Position numbers and translations under genes: made by a program. The notes beneath the pieces were generated by a model. The model was not told the DNA's origin and did not search any database. It saw nothing but the letters and a program-made list of their open reading frames with translations. Shown in pieces: positions 14,601-27,700 of a DNA stretch of 64,000 nt. The stretch is from Azolla caroliniana (taxonomy: Eukaryota; Plantae; Polypodiophyta). Position 1 is the stretch's first letter, and each line of letters starts with the position of its first letter. The stretch is from assembly GCA_043228905.1 (NCBI GenBank), contig JBHGNT010000153.1:1-64000 (forward strand). The letters run 5' to 3'.

Positions 14601-17350
14601 TTCCACTATTCCTCAGCTTTTGTATCGAAAAATCCCCCCACCCCTTTCCTTTGTCTCGTCTTTTATCACATCCATCATCCAACTTCAACAAAGGACTGAC
14701 AAGGAATTCCACATCTTTTTACACTGACAATATATATAGAAGATGTTGCCTCTAAAGAAAGTGGCCAACTAGAACTATCGTTAACTAGGTCTTCACGGAA
14801 ACACCTTTTTGCACTAATAATATGTCCTAAGAATATTTTTCTCTAGCAAAAAGTGCCCAATTTGTTGGATTTTCCAAAGGTTCTAAAATTACTCGTACTT
14901 CATTTCCTCGTCTAAATAGCCAATTGGTTACATTTTCACACATGTTTTAAATCAACCGTCTCCATACTCAAGGCTAAAAACTAATATTGACTTGTCACTC
15001 TACCATCCCTCGCCTCCCCCCCAATTATGAGAGAATAAGGCCATTTTTTTCAAGAAAAAAACCCATTCCAAATAGAACAATTTTTGGTATATTTATGCAT
15101 ACATTTTTAGTGTCTACTTTTGATGGACCCATGGGGAATCCTTCCTTACCTATTAGACATATGTATGAAGGATGTTTTAATTTTATTGGGAGAAGTTTCT
15201 TGTTTTTGGGATCTCCAAACTCAAAATGTGGGACACATAAATACACTTTTGCATGTATTGTAATTGATAAAATTCAAACATGTCCCCATGGCTTGAAGTT
15301 TTGAATCTTGAACATTAATGAACGTTTGGTTCTAAAAAAATTTGAAATGGGAAGACAACTTTTCCCAATGTAGACATGTATGTATATGTTTGTGTTTGTA
15401 TTAGTTTGATATGTAAACTATACAACTATGATTGAACATTGCAATTTTGTCATCTTGTATCTTGTTATGTATCCCGTTCATAAGTGGAAGGAAATCTATA
15501 GATATTTGTCCAATATCTAGTAGTTGGAGTTATTATCCTATTGGAATCTAAAAAAATTTGTTGGCCAAGAGCAACACGTGTTTACAAGTAAGCCTTGAGG
15601 ATAATGTTGATCTCACCAATAACATCGCCAACTTTTCTCTTCATTTGATTCAAATGAATATTGTGAAATATGCCTAACAGTTTACAATCGAGGAAATATT
15701 ATCTACAATGTTGTAGTAAGTACTCTATATAGATTGCATTAGACAAGAACCCAATTATAAGCAATAAACTTTTGAGCCTTTTAGTGTCTTGGAATATTCC
15801 AAAATAAATGCTAGTTTTTTAGGGGAAGCCTTGGAGTTTCCTTTCAAATTAGACAAAAGACCATAACTTTCACACCACCTTTCCAAATGAGGACAATCCT
15901 CTATGTTTAAAATCTTCTTGCTGCAACATTTTCAACAATAGATCATAAGGTATTGTTTCATCTACATCAACTCGGGATTTTAGTTGTCCACGATTTGAGA
16001 TATATGAAGAGACGGGCCTAAATCAACTTTAAATGAACATCTAAATGTGTAATCATGATTAGAATTATCTGACGATTTGGTTAAAATTGTCTTCTTGTGT
16101 ATACTCCCCATCAAGTAATATAATGCTTGACTTAACATGGATTTATTATCATGGTTATTCTATGAAGTCTATGATAAAGATCAATAACTATGTTGGATTG
16201 TACTTGGGACACTTAATTGCATCAACTTATTGATAAATCATAAACATATTCCCAAGGCATGGGCCATGAAGTAACATACAAAGTAGCGCCATATAGTTGT
16301 GGATATTTGATCCCACAAAGTTTTCCTATGGTAGATTTGCATGATCTTATAATGAAGCCTTGCATTGTTATCATTAGTTGTTTGTTCGAGGGGGATGATT
16401 ATTGTGGAAACAACCTCAAATGACAATCATCAACTAAGAAAAACTCATATGGGTACTACTTACTTGCATATTGAGTCAAATGATAGCTATAAAACCTTCC
16501 TACATGAATGATGGAGAAATCAATAAGAAGCCAAATTTTCAACTAAGCTAACATCATTTGGAAAAAGTTATAATTAGCAAACATAATCCAAATTTCCAAT
16601 AAGTTAACCTAGTGAATATAAGTTCTAACTTGTGGGGATGTGTACAATCTCTCATTTATACGATGCATTTATGTGAAAGCAATACTTTCAAAACATACTT
16701 TAGCACATCGTCTGTTAGGTTATTTAACAATTGTTGCAACTTGCAATTTGTCTACCATGCACATATGAGTCTAAGTTGTCCTTCTTATATTGTCATATTT
16801 AGACGTTCATTGTGGGTGGACCCATATTACTTTGTTTATCAAGCATTTTAATCTATCGTAGTACAATCAATCACCCCATTCCCTCACAGTTATTAATACA
16901 TGAGCATGCAATGCATGATCTCTCCGGGCTCAAGAATTGGTACAAGTGATTTCGCCATGACCAACTTCCAATGCGTAACTTGTATTGGTACTCAAAACAC
17001 TTGCACAATAAATCAAGATTGGATGTCTTGTGTGTAAGAAGAGAATGAACCCATCAACAACATTAATTGCGGCACTCTTTCGTCATTAACAGTGCTTGTC
17101 ACAGGACAATCTCCATCTAGCAACGTAGGTAGTGGCACAAACATAAGGGCGAGGGTACCCTCATGTGAGCCTTAAAAAAGATTTTCTCCTTAAACATGAG
17201 AGGGGTAAGTAACCATGCCACACACATGTGATGGAATACAAGTCAAATACATACATAATATGAAATATGGGCGTGCCATGTCCAGCTCTACCACGTGGGT
17301 GCAGAGAGAAGAGGAAGCCAAAAAAGCTATGATGGAGATCAATTGTCAAC
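11700..17350. mobile_element. Nested, decayed Ty3/Gypsy retrotransposon fragments on both strands
   Basis: Plus-strand RT motif FTKIELR at 13579-13599 (compare FSKIDLRSGYHQIRI). Minus-strand protease-like GSTHN near 16810-16825. No long ORFs, CpG-depleted. Confidence 0.5.
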
Positions 17351-17592
17351 ATACTAGAGGACTTTTGTTTGGGCCTGTCTAATTAGAAGCGTTTCGCCGC
17401 GTGTAGAAGAGTGTTAATTATATTTAAGGGGAGCCACGTGGGTGCGGCGAGGGGGAAAGGGAGGCATGCCACGTGGCAGTAAAGGAATGCCACGTGGCGG
17501 AACGGAATGCCACGTGGGCGGGGAAGGAATTGAGAGGTCTGTGCGGCAAAAGGGAGAGAAAAGGGAAAGGAAAGGAAAGGAAAAGTGAAGAG

Positions 17593-17632
<40 letters not shown>

Positions 17633-17900
17633 TGATAATTGTGGGTTGGCCAAAAAGCCTTCGTTTCTGTACGTTGGAGCAGCGGGCGCCCAAACACGCG
17701 TGTTGTTTGTTGGTGGCCGCCCGGGACCACTCCAACCTGGCGGGCTGAGACGACGCCACGTCACTTCCCGGCACGCCCAGCCTGATTGCCACGTCAGCTC
17801 CCACGCACGCACGCGCCCTATTGGAAGCTCAGCTTTTTGTCGTCTTCTGTCTGCCCGCTTTCCATTCCATCCCTCAAACCAAATCCCGCCCCCGCACGTA
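17292..17900. promoter_or_regulatory. CpG/GC-rich island with clustered G-box/ABRE and C/G-box elements
   Basis: CACGTG at 17292, 17435, 17470, 17491 and 17511; CACGTC cores within GCCACGTCA at 17757 and 17790; CACGCGTG at 17695; minus-strand TATA-like TTAAATATA at 17419-17427. Confidence 0.6.
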
Positions 17901-18058
17901 AAAGAGAAGTTGTTTCGACTTTTTAATTATTGTTTTAGTGGTAGGAACTATAAATAATACGTGAAATATTATTAAAACAAAATGAAGCAAAACAGACGTC
18001 CTTCCTTCGTTCCTTCCCCTTTTTCACTTGCATGTTTTTTTTGAAAAGAGCGAGAAAG

Positions 18059-18063
<5 letters not shown>

Positions 18064-18122
<59 letters not shown>
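18064..18122. repeat. (GA)n microsatellite
   Basis: Uninterrupted AG run. A shorter run lies at 17599-17629. Confidence 0.95.
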
Positions 18123-18123
<1 letters not shown>

Positions 18124-21100
18124 CAATTATAGTTATTTAAAAAAGGTAGAGTAAAATAAATAATATAATATCAACGCATGAATCCGTTATTTCTTTTTTT
18201 GGTTCTGTTTTTATTTATTCCCTGGCTTTTATCAAAACGTGAAGGAAATGCTCGGCCGCGCAAACATGAAAGCTTTTAATTACGCAATTAATTAATCATT
18301 TGGATTATTGGAACCGTAAACGGAAACAAAAAAAAAGACGAAGGAAGAGAACTGGGGAAAGGGAGGGGGGGGGGGTGGATTTAAAACCTCTAAAATAGCT
18401 GTATTAATGCTGAAATTTCCATATTTATTTAATTTAATTACATATTCGTAGGTGGATGGCTAATTATAATAGAATAGTAGCTAAAAATGAATGGGGGAGT
18501 TTTTCTCGAGATTCCATTAAATTTTGGTAAGTAAATAAACAAAAACAAGAGGCTTTAAATTGTGAGTTTCATTCAGTGACTGCATTAAAAAAAGTGGGGG
18601 GGGGGGGGAAGGAGGTAAAAAAATATAAATATCGAATTGAAATTCGGGGTTTTAAATTTCGAGAAAATGTGCAACTAAATGGAAAACGCCTATTTAATGA
18701 ACACACACACACACACACACATACATATACATATATATATATGTATCATATATGTATAGATATATATGGGGATGAGAGAGGGGCTTCCTGCTCTTGAGTA
18801 TTGTGTCTTTGATATAGTAATCCAGATGCTGCTGTTTACGGTTTAAATGAATAAAAAAACTCTTTGTTTTCAAATATGAACTAACAAACAGTAATAAGAG
18901 GAAATGATTATTGTGAATAAAAAGTTAAAAAGGAAAAATACGATGTTTCTTGTCTTGCAGGGCGTGGAGGGTTGGGGGAAGGGGACGGGAAAGAAAGGGG
19001 CATGTACCGAATTAATTTACTTTACTTACAAACACGGAGGGGGGCCTAATCTAATTAATTCTTCGAAGACAAAACCGCATCATTATAAATCTAATTATTG
19101 TATATTGATAACAGATAAAGAAAAACAATTAGATTCTCTTCTATTTTTCGCTTTCTTTTTCTAGAGTTTGTAAATTTTGCTCAACTAATTAATTAGGAAT
19201 CTCTCACACACACACACACTCTCTCTCTCTCTCACTCATTCTCCTTTGTGGAATATCTGAAATGGTACGCTAATTTCCTTTATTTGTTTTCATTAAAAAA
19301 AGGGGGAGTTGTTCTTTGTGCAGGACAGGACAGGACAGGAATGTGCTTTTTTTCTCGGGCTTTCCATTCCCCTTCTCCTTTTTCTGTATCTCTGTCTTTG
19401 TCTCTGCCCACACCCCCGGCTTTCTCTCTCTCTCTAAATTATCTGAAATCAAAAGTCATAATTTTCATGCAACCTTCCTCAAATTAATCACTTCACAAAA
19501 CTATATACATTCAGAGGAGGTAGATGATTAAGTTGTCCCAAATCGACAAAAAAAAAGAGAGCTGTTTTTGTACTTGGCAGAAGTAGGATTTGCGTTTTCT
19601 TTGCTCTTCCATGTAGAACTTACTACTAACAGTAAGCTTCAGCGAAGGAATTTTAGCTCTCTTTTTCGGGGTGTATGACCTATCATTTTATGAATGGGGG
19701 CCTTCTTTCTTCAGAACTAGCCATCGCAGTGCAGGGTCTCGTTTTTTTTTTTTCTACTTTTGCGTTTCACACAGACACGAACATAAACACACACAGAGCA
19801 ACCACTTCACCAAGTTATGCTTTTCTACACTTTTTATTTTTTTGGCCATGACAAGAATGCTTTTTTGTTTTTAGCTTTTATTATTTCAGTAAAAGAGCTT
19901 AGAAACTCCCTTCTTTATTTTATCACTTCATTTGTAAATTTTCACCCCTGTCTTACCAAGAAGAGGCGCGCGGGCAGGCTCACACACACATACACACACG
20001 GATACAAACACGAAGCATTCCCAAATTGAATAAGTATTTTAGAGGGGACTTAATGCAGGATCAGAAAAGAAGCTTTTTGCTTTTCTCTCTCAGACTGCGC
20101 CTTCTTGAATGTCTATTAAGTATCTAATTTATCACCATTTAAGTAAAGGAAAATCGCGCGTCATTAATTTGGAAAGATTTGGGTCGGAGATAGAAAGAGA
20201 GAGCGAGAGAGATCACACATAAACAAGGAAGAAAATCGGAGAAGAAATGAAAAGAGAAATACTTTACTAAGTAGTACTGGCAAGAGATCAAATCCGGGCA
20301 ATAACTCTTGCTTTCTAGTCTCTCTCTCTCTCTCTTCCTCTCTCTCCTCTTTCTTTCTCTGTACAGTATTCATATTGTACCTTCTTTTCTGCATCAAATT
20401 TATGTGTAAGAGAGGCTGCTTGTTAACGTCACAGGATTCTTTCATCTTCTGCTTCTCTTCTGAGTAAGACATTCTTCTCCCGTATACATATACTACTAAT
20501 ACATATGCATCTACGTATGTATTTATCTCTATATATGATGATGTATATGTTTATAGCTGTAGCTTTGCCATAATCTACATGAAAAAAGTAGAAGGTTCAG
20601 TTCTGAATTGTATGGAGATGTAAGGCAAATCTGAGTACAGACAATAATTTAACAGCCCGCTAGAGAAAATCGCTGACGTTGTTGTGCAGAAGATTGAGCA
20701 CACAGCCAGGGCAAGAAGGAAGAAGCAAAAACAAAGAAAGCAATAAAAAAGGCGAAGAAATAGAAGCAAGAAATAAGAAGAAGAAAAGGAAAGGTGCAAG
20801 AATCTGGAAGATTCAACACATTACCAAGAAGAACGTTATCATACGATCGGGTGATGTATTTCTTGCTAATATTACCTTGAAGAGAGCAAAACAGCAAAAA
20901 GCAGACTATCCTAATGAGAAGGTGCATTCCTTGATGGTATAATATTCTCGAAGAAGAAGACGAAAGGGAAGGAGCCTCCTTGTCATCAGATGATACTTAT
21001 CGTTCTAATGTATGTATCGTTTAGATCTACTATTAATAATATTCCTGCATCATAGGAGAAGAAAACCATCTCTCTAATCAGAGATTAATATCATTGCATC

Positions 21101-21369
21101 ACGAAGAGCACTATGAACCTGTTAACCAGGAGGCTTCTGTAATAATTGAAAGTAATAATCTATATAATGATGATGCAATTTTTAGTATTTATATCATCTG
21201 CTAGATCTGTGAAAGCCATTGTATCCAAACCCATTCACAGAGAACAGAAAAACGAGTTATGCAACAGCAGCAATAGATTAGAGTAGCTGTTTAATGTCTG
21301 GATACGCACTGGTATTTGCAGAACAGACATAAGCGTACTTCTGTAGACGAAAGGGTGCCTTATGATCAG

Positions 21370-23169
21370 ATGATGCATTCCTTGCTTTTGTCTTCCAGAT
21401 CTGTGAGTATCATCGCACCTTCCAAAAAGAAGAATAGGATTAGCCGTAGCGGATCATCATCGTCATCATCTTCATCAGCTGTGTATAATAATTGTAATTT
21501 TATTAGTAAACCCATTGATCATCATACCATTGTAGCCAAAGCCTGTGCTTTCGATGAGATGCGCACAAATTCTGATTCAGAAGCAAGTTCAGCAGGAGGA
21601 GCGGAAAGAACCAATCCAGAAGCTAGACTAGAAACGGACCAATTTCATCTTGTCTCTGGCAATAAATCTTCAAGTTCTGATGAGGTTAATGGCCTAGGAG
21701 GAGGCGGAGGTAATATTGCTGCATTAAACGTGAAAGATCTGTTAACAGACTGTGTTATGTCAGTTTGTCAAGGCAGATGGCAAAGATCCTTGGAACTTCT
21801 TCGGGTTTTGAAAGAGAAATCTTCTGCAGATAATGGCGATGGAGGAGATCAGAGAATGGTCTCACAATTCACAGCCGTTCTCTCAGCAAGAATACAAGAG
21901 ACGTCGACCTACAACGCTGAATATAGATCATGGATGCAGAGGCACGAATTAGAAGGCAATACAACAAGGTTAGATAACATAGCCATGGATGCTATGCAGA
22001 ATATTGATGAAGAAGGAATTCAAAATGCAAGTCTTTCTTTCAACCAGGTAACACCATATCTGAGATTCTTACACCTCACTGCCAACCAAGCCATTTTAGA
22101 AGCTGTGGAAAGGAAGCAGAGAATTCATGTAGTTGATATAGAGATAATGCAAGGTTTGCAATGGCCGCCATTCATGCAAGCTATGGCTGAGCGAGATGGG
22201 GGTCCTCCTATGCTCCTTAAAATTACAGGTGGTGGGAGAGAGAGACGAGTATTAGAACAAGTTGGGGAAAGATTAAGAAAATTTGCCGAGTCAGTTGGTA
22301 TTGAAGGTTTTGAATATGATGTTTTGGAATATGGAGTCAATAATAATATCAACTCTACATCAGCTCATCATGGTCCTCGACTACGGCCCTTGTTTCGAAG
22401 TGGAAATGAAGAAGAAGATGATGATGATGAAGAAGAAGAATGTGAAACTATGGTTGTCAATTGCATTTTGCAAGTGGGAGATATGCCATGGAATTATAGC
22501 ATGGGGGATCAAAGTGTAACCTCATTATTTCCTTCTGCTTCTTCAAATTTGCCTTCTTCCTGTTTGTCTTCTATATGTTCTTCATGGATGATGTTATCTG
22601 ATGTGCTAATGAGGTATCGGCCTTTCCTTGTCACCATAGCCGAGCCAGAAGTAGATTTCTCAAGCTCCTCTTCATTTGAGATTCGTTTCGCTCAAGCTGT
22701 CCGGCATTACTCAGCAATATTTGAGTCTTTGGATGCAACATTGCCTCCCTCATGCCAACATCGCGCAATCGTAGAGAATGTGTGGCTCAGATCTCAAATT
22801 GCCAGTCTTCTGCTCCATGGCAACAACAATAGGAATGATAACAATGCTGGCCAATTATATGGCCAAGTCGGACCGAATTCTTTTAATAATGGCTGTAGAA
22901 ATGGTCTTCTTTATCAAAGCTTTACTTGTAGCTCATCGTGGCGAGCTTCTTTGTGTTCACGTGGTTTTGAGGCGATTCCATTGAGTGAGTTTGCTATATC
23001 GCAGGCACGTCTTCTCCTTCGTCTTCGATATCCCTCAGAAGGTTACCGTCTCCGACAGTTTTACAATAATAATAATGCTTCAGGTGGGGATCAACATTGC
23101 CTTGCCTTGGGATGGCAAGATACTCCTCTCTTCACTGTCTCTGCTTGGAAATCCCCGTCATCATCATAA
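21370..23169 (+). CDS. LAS: GRAS transcription factor, LAS/Ls/MOC1 (SCL18) subfamily, intronless
   Basis: FNQVTPYLRFLHLTANQAILEA, VHIID-equivalent IHVVD, QGLQWPPFMQAMAER, LAS-diagnostic LSEFAISQARLLLRLRYPSEGYRL and terminal LGWQDTPLFTVSAW. First in-frame ATG is at 21370 (the ORF track starts at TTG 21316). Confidence 0.9.
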   Translation: MMHSLLLSSRSVSIIAPSKKKNRISRSGSSSSSSSSAVYNNCNFISKPIDHHTIVAKACAFDEMRTNSDSEASSAGGAERTNPEARLETDQFHLVSGNKSSSSDEVNGLGGGGGNIAALNVKDLLTDCVMSVCQGRWQRSLELLRVLKEKSSADNGDGGDQRMVSQFTAVLSARIQETSTYNAEYRSWMQRHELEGNTTRLDNIAMDAMQNIDEEGIQNASLSFNQVTPYLRFLHLTANQAILEAVERKQRIHVVDIEIMQGLQWPPFMQAMAERDGGPPMLLKITGGGRERRVLEQVGERLRKFAESVGIEGFEYDVLEYGVNNNINSTSAHHGPRLRPLFRSGNEEEDDDDEEEECETMVVNCILQVGDMPWNYSMGDQSVTSLFPSASSNLPSSCLSSICSSWMMLSDVLMRYRPFLVTIAEPEVDFSSSSSFEIRFAQAVRHYSAIFESLDATLPPSCQHRAIVENVWLRSQIASLLLHGNNNRNDNNAGQLYGQVGPNSFNNGCRNGLLYQSFTCSSSWRASLCSRGFEAIPLSEFAISQARLLLRLRYPSEGYRLRQFYNNNNASGGDQHCLALGWQDTPLFTVSAWKSPSSS

Positions 23170-24741
23170 ATGTGATCACGAAGGAGTCTTCACCATCTCT
23201 TTGTATGAGCAAGCCACTAATTTTAATTTGATCACATTCAGACCATGACCCCTCGCTTTCTGTAATTTCCGTACTTGCTAACTTTTGACCTATCACTAAT
23301 TCTTCATCAATTTTATTGCCCATGCATCATGTATTACAATACTCCCCCCTTCTATACCTTAAAAAAAGTGGTTGAGATAGTTTGATCATGATGATATGTT
23401 TGAAGGATATGAACCCTGATCAGGGATCACGGACCATGGACCTAGTCACATGAATTTTGCTATAAATTCAATTAACCGACTGGTGTTATGTGTCTAACCA
23501 ATGGCTCCTACCTGAGTACTCAAAGGTCACGTAATTCTGTCTAACTAAATCTTTGAATAAATTTTAGATGCAGTAGAAAGAAAATCGACCTAATAGGTAA
23601 TGGACACGACTATGACGAAAAGGAAATTACATTTCAATGCGGAACCTGTTTTAGATTAGTGCAAGCTGCTGTTAGATGGTAAACTGTGAGTTAGTTACAG
23701 ACATCTAAAAATGTACCAGGGCGATGGTCTAGCGTAGTAGCTGGTCCTTTACTTGCGCTGAGCTTTTAGTGTTAATAGTATTGCAACTATATATGAAGCA
23801 CGTGTTTGTTAACTAATGCGAAGTAGTGTTTTTTTTTTAAACAATAAATAAATAATATTAGAGGAGCACGTAGCGAGAGTAATGTGTAAACTATGACAGC
23901 CATTAACAGGAGGTTTTATGCCCCTAAGTATCCCTCGTAGATGTATGGGTAATGTTTGGTGATGCCACACTCTCTATACGCAACGTTAATTTATGTCGGG
24001 ACAGAATCAACAAAGATTTGTCATTATATAATTGGATCTGAGTAGTGGAATGTTGAACTTATTTGCAAAACCACTTAATTCTAGCATCCAACACCTTCTA
24101 TATTAGAATCTAGATGATTGTTTGGTCAACCATAGTCCATTGGGAGAAGATGAAATGGTATGGGTTTAATATCTCTAGCTTTTTCATGTGTTGAAAGATG
24201 CCCTAATGTGGAATGCTGCTTGATACTTGTACCTCAAGCTTTTAAGTTTATGTCCAACATTGCACGAGGTGCACGAGGAGATGGATTGGGGCTACTAACA
24301 TATGACATTGGTAGATAGGGAAGTATTTTTTAAGAGAGACGTAAGGCTTACCCATTGGGTTTTATTATAACATGTTGTGACCTAAATCTCCCGGCCTATT
24401 ACTACATCTGCAATGCATGAGAATGAGAGACACATGTGAGGAGGTAATGGGTTCGATGCAGTTCACTACCAATGTGGTAATGTGTTATAACTTATAACTT
24501 ATGTGTAGTTTTTTGACTCTCGAGTATTATGAAGGGGGTAACCTAGCTTTTGCTTTCATGAGTAGTTTAATTAGTTCAATAGGTAGGCACGCCGCACACA
24601 CGACACCCACAATAATACTTTAAGAAATAGAAAAAGATAGAAGAGAGAGAGGCATGGCCCTAAAGCTTCCCAAATGCCCTCGTCGATGAATCGAGATTCA
24701 AACGTTCTTTCCTCACCACTTCTGCATCAGAGGCCATCGCC

Positions 24742-27700
24742 ATGAACGCTCTTCTGTGCAGGAGCCTCACTGCTTCTGCTCCCCCTTCTTCAGAAACGAG
24801 TCCAAGTCTCGGTCTTCAAGCAGCATTTCGTCATCTGCATTGTTCCTCATTGAGGCGAACAAGATCAAATCAAACATTCTTCTCTTCCTCTCCTTCTCTC
24901 CTCACCATAGCACCTCGACTTGGCCGAGTTATGAACGTTACCAGGAGCGATTACGATTCCGGTTCAGCACAGTCGTCCTCTTCTCCTTCCAAAGGTGCGT
25001 ATCAGCTATCTCCATTTATCGTTCGTTCACATAAATTTTGGTTCAATTTATGCCACTTCCTTCACTATTTTGATTCAATGTATCATACCTTGTACTATCT
25101 TGATCGATTTCACCATTTCTTTAACTGGTTGATCCCTTGTCCAATTCTAGTTCTACTATAACAGGTAATATACCTCAAATTTTCATGATGACTGACTATG
25201 CAAAGTTTTTACTTTCCATTGTAGTTTCATTTTGTAGATCAAAGTTGATGGTTTTTGCTTTTGGTTGGACTGTGACTGTACAATCTCTGGAACGATTCCA
25301 TTCTAATTCATTTTGTAGTTTAACGTTTTGGAAATCAAATAATGCTACAGGTTTGACCATTCAAGTTAAATTTGTTAGATTGTCAAAAGTTCCATTCTTT
25401 TGCGTTTATTTAGATTTGAATTTTGATAAAAAAAGTGATTGGACATTGAACTAATTGGTGTAGATTTCTAGTTAGTCTGCTATTAGCTATGGCATTGCTA
25501 GTTCTAAAGGGGATGTGTGTGCTGAACAATTGGCTATAGCGTTATCCCGGGAGCCAGGATCAAATTTTTATTCACGAGAAAGAGTAAATAAAATGTGACT
25601 CATGTAGGTCAACAAAATTATTCGAATAGCAATGTGTGTGAAAAGTTCGAGGTAGAAAGATTAAGATGTGGCTCGTGTAGGTGAACAAAATTATTTGAAT
25701 AGCAATGTGTGTGAAAAGTTTCAAATTGGTTTGGAATGATTCCATGTCATACTGGTGCCAATCCAGGCATGTCTTGGTATTCTTGAGGGAGCTTGCAGGC
25801 TCTCTATGTGTGAGAAGAAGCCCTTCTCCCAGATAATGCAATATCAGGTATGGGTGAGTAAATTTAATTAGACTTGTTTTTTATATCCATCATCCAAAGG
25901 ATCTTGCAAACAATGTTGCATAGGCCGGAATTTCTAGTAGAGGTTCTTGATTAGGGTTTGTAATGTATGTTTGTACTTTTAAGATCCATCCTACAAAAAA
26001 TTCTACTAGACGTATGCATTCACATAAGAGTGTTAGCCATGGAATGCAAACAATGATGTGTGACATGCGGATATTTTCAAGGAAATTCTGCAGGTTTTCC
26101 ACATACGAGGACAAAACAGTATGAGAAAAGATTACTTAAGAGTGAAGTTTATTTTAGACATCTTGTTGATCATCTTCCAGAGATTCCCCAAAAGAATAGA
26201 TCAGAATAGTGGGTATGGAGGCAAAGAATATCTCATAGGCTTGTGTGATGTATGTTTGTGAAGTCTCTCAATGTGAAAAAACAAATCATTCACTCATATA
26301 TGATGCGATGTACATGGATGGAATAGGCTGTCAGTGGATGATCTCAATAGAAGTGCCATTTTCTCATTTCTTGAATCAGGTACTGAGCTGTATTCTAGTG
26401 TGGAAAAAATATGAGATTTAATTCTAACAAGGTGATGCTTTATCTGTTATATCTACAGATTTCTTCGGGAATCATCTTTTCCTGCTGACCCTTGTGGATT
26501 CATGAAATTTTGTTTTTGCTTTTAATTGTTAATAGAAATATTTTGATGCAAAATTTTAGATCTATTGCTGTTTGAGAAATGTAAAGCTGAATATATACAC
26601 ACTACCTACAAAGATTGAGTGTAAACAGAGAGTTAATTTAATGTACACATTATGAGAATCCTCATAATTATAGAATGCAATCCATTGCGATAATCACTAA
26701 TTAATACAATTGTAAGATATTCCATCCTTCGTTCCTTGGCATTCACCAATTATTGACTGCACTTTATATGACATGGGAAGGCATTATAATGGAATGTACT
26801 TTGTTTACAGTTGTACTAGAAATTTGGAAGAATGCAGAAGCTGTATGTTTCGATGTTGATAGCACAGTGTGTTTAGATGAAGGTCTTGATGCACTAGGAG
26901 AATTTTGTGGTGCTGGGGAAGCTGTAGCAGCATTGACAAACAGGTTTTGATTATTTTTACCAATTTATTCAGAATTTATATCAATTTTGAGATTGGTTTT
27001 TGATCTTGAATATTTCGAATAGGGCCATGAGTGGAACTGTGCCATTTGAAGAAGCACTAGCTGCCCGCTTGTCCTTATTTAAGCCATCTTTAATACATCT
27101 ACAGGATTTTATTGCCAGCAATCCTCCCAAGTAAGTATTAAACTGTCCCTGTATTATGTACCATGGCATGTGTCCATTACCCTCTTTTCGTTGTAAAACA
27201 GTAACTATTTCAGCTATTTTTAGTGTTGTTTCTGTTACTTGCTGCATACCTAAAAGATTTCTCTCAGAATTATATTGTTCATGGATACAGTGGCTTGTCT
27301 CCCCTGATTTATTGTTAGGCAGTGTGTCGTATCATGCCTTGTGTTGGTTATTTTACCTTCTAGAATGCAGGAAGCATTGGCTGTGCCAATACATGTCTTT
27401 CGCTGATAAAATTTTGTTTCCAGAATTACACCTGGCATCAAAGAGCTCTTTCACAAGCTTCAATCAAAAGGAAAGGTTGTCTACCTTGTATCTGGGGGCT
27501 TCCGTCAAATAATAGCTGTAAGTAATTATTTTTGGGCAACCAAATTTATATACAAGCAATATTTATCTCATTATCGAAGAGATCGTTCATTACAACGATG
27601 AATACATTGAAATTTAAGATGTGCAAGAAAATTAAGGTAATGACAAATCTTACATCTATGAATCTGCAATGTTCATTCTATGGATTGCGCATTGTTGCAG

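Noticed and set aside
17383-17957. Five ORFs of 91-132 aa over the G-box island
   Set aside because: They run through a (GA)n microsatellite and GC-rich motifs and show no protein-like features.
25509-25570. tRNA/SINE-like A-box and B-box resemblance in PSP intron 1
   Set aside because: No cloverleaf, poor B-box, and no TSD or tail.
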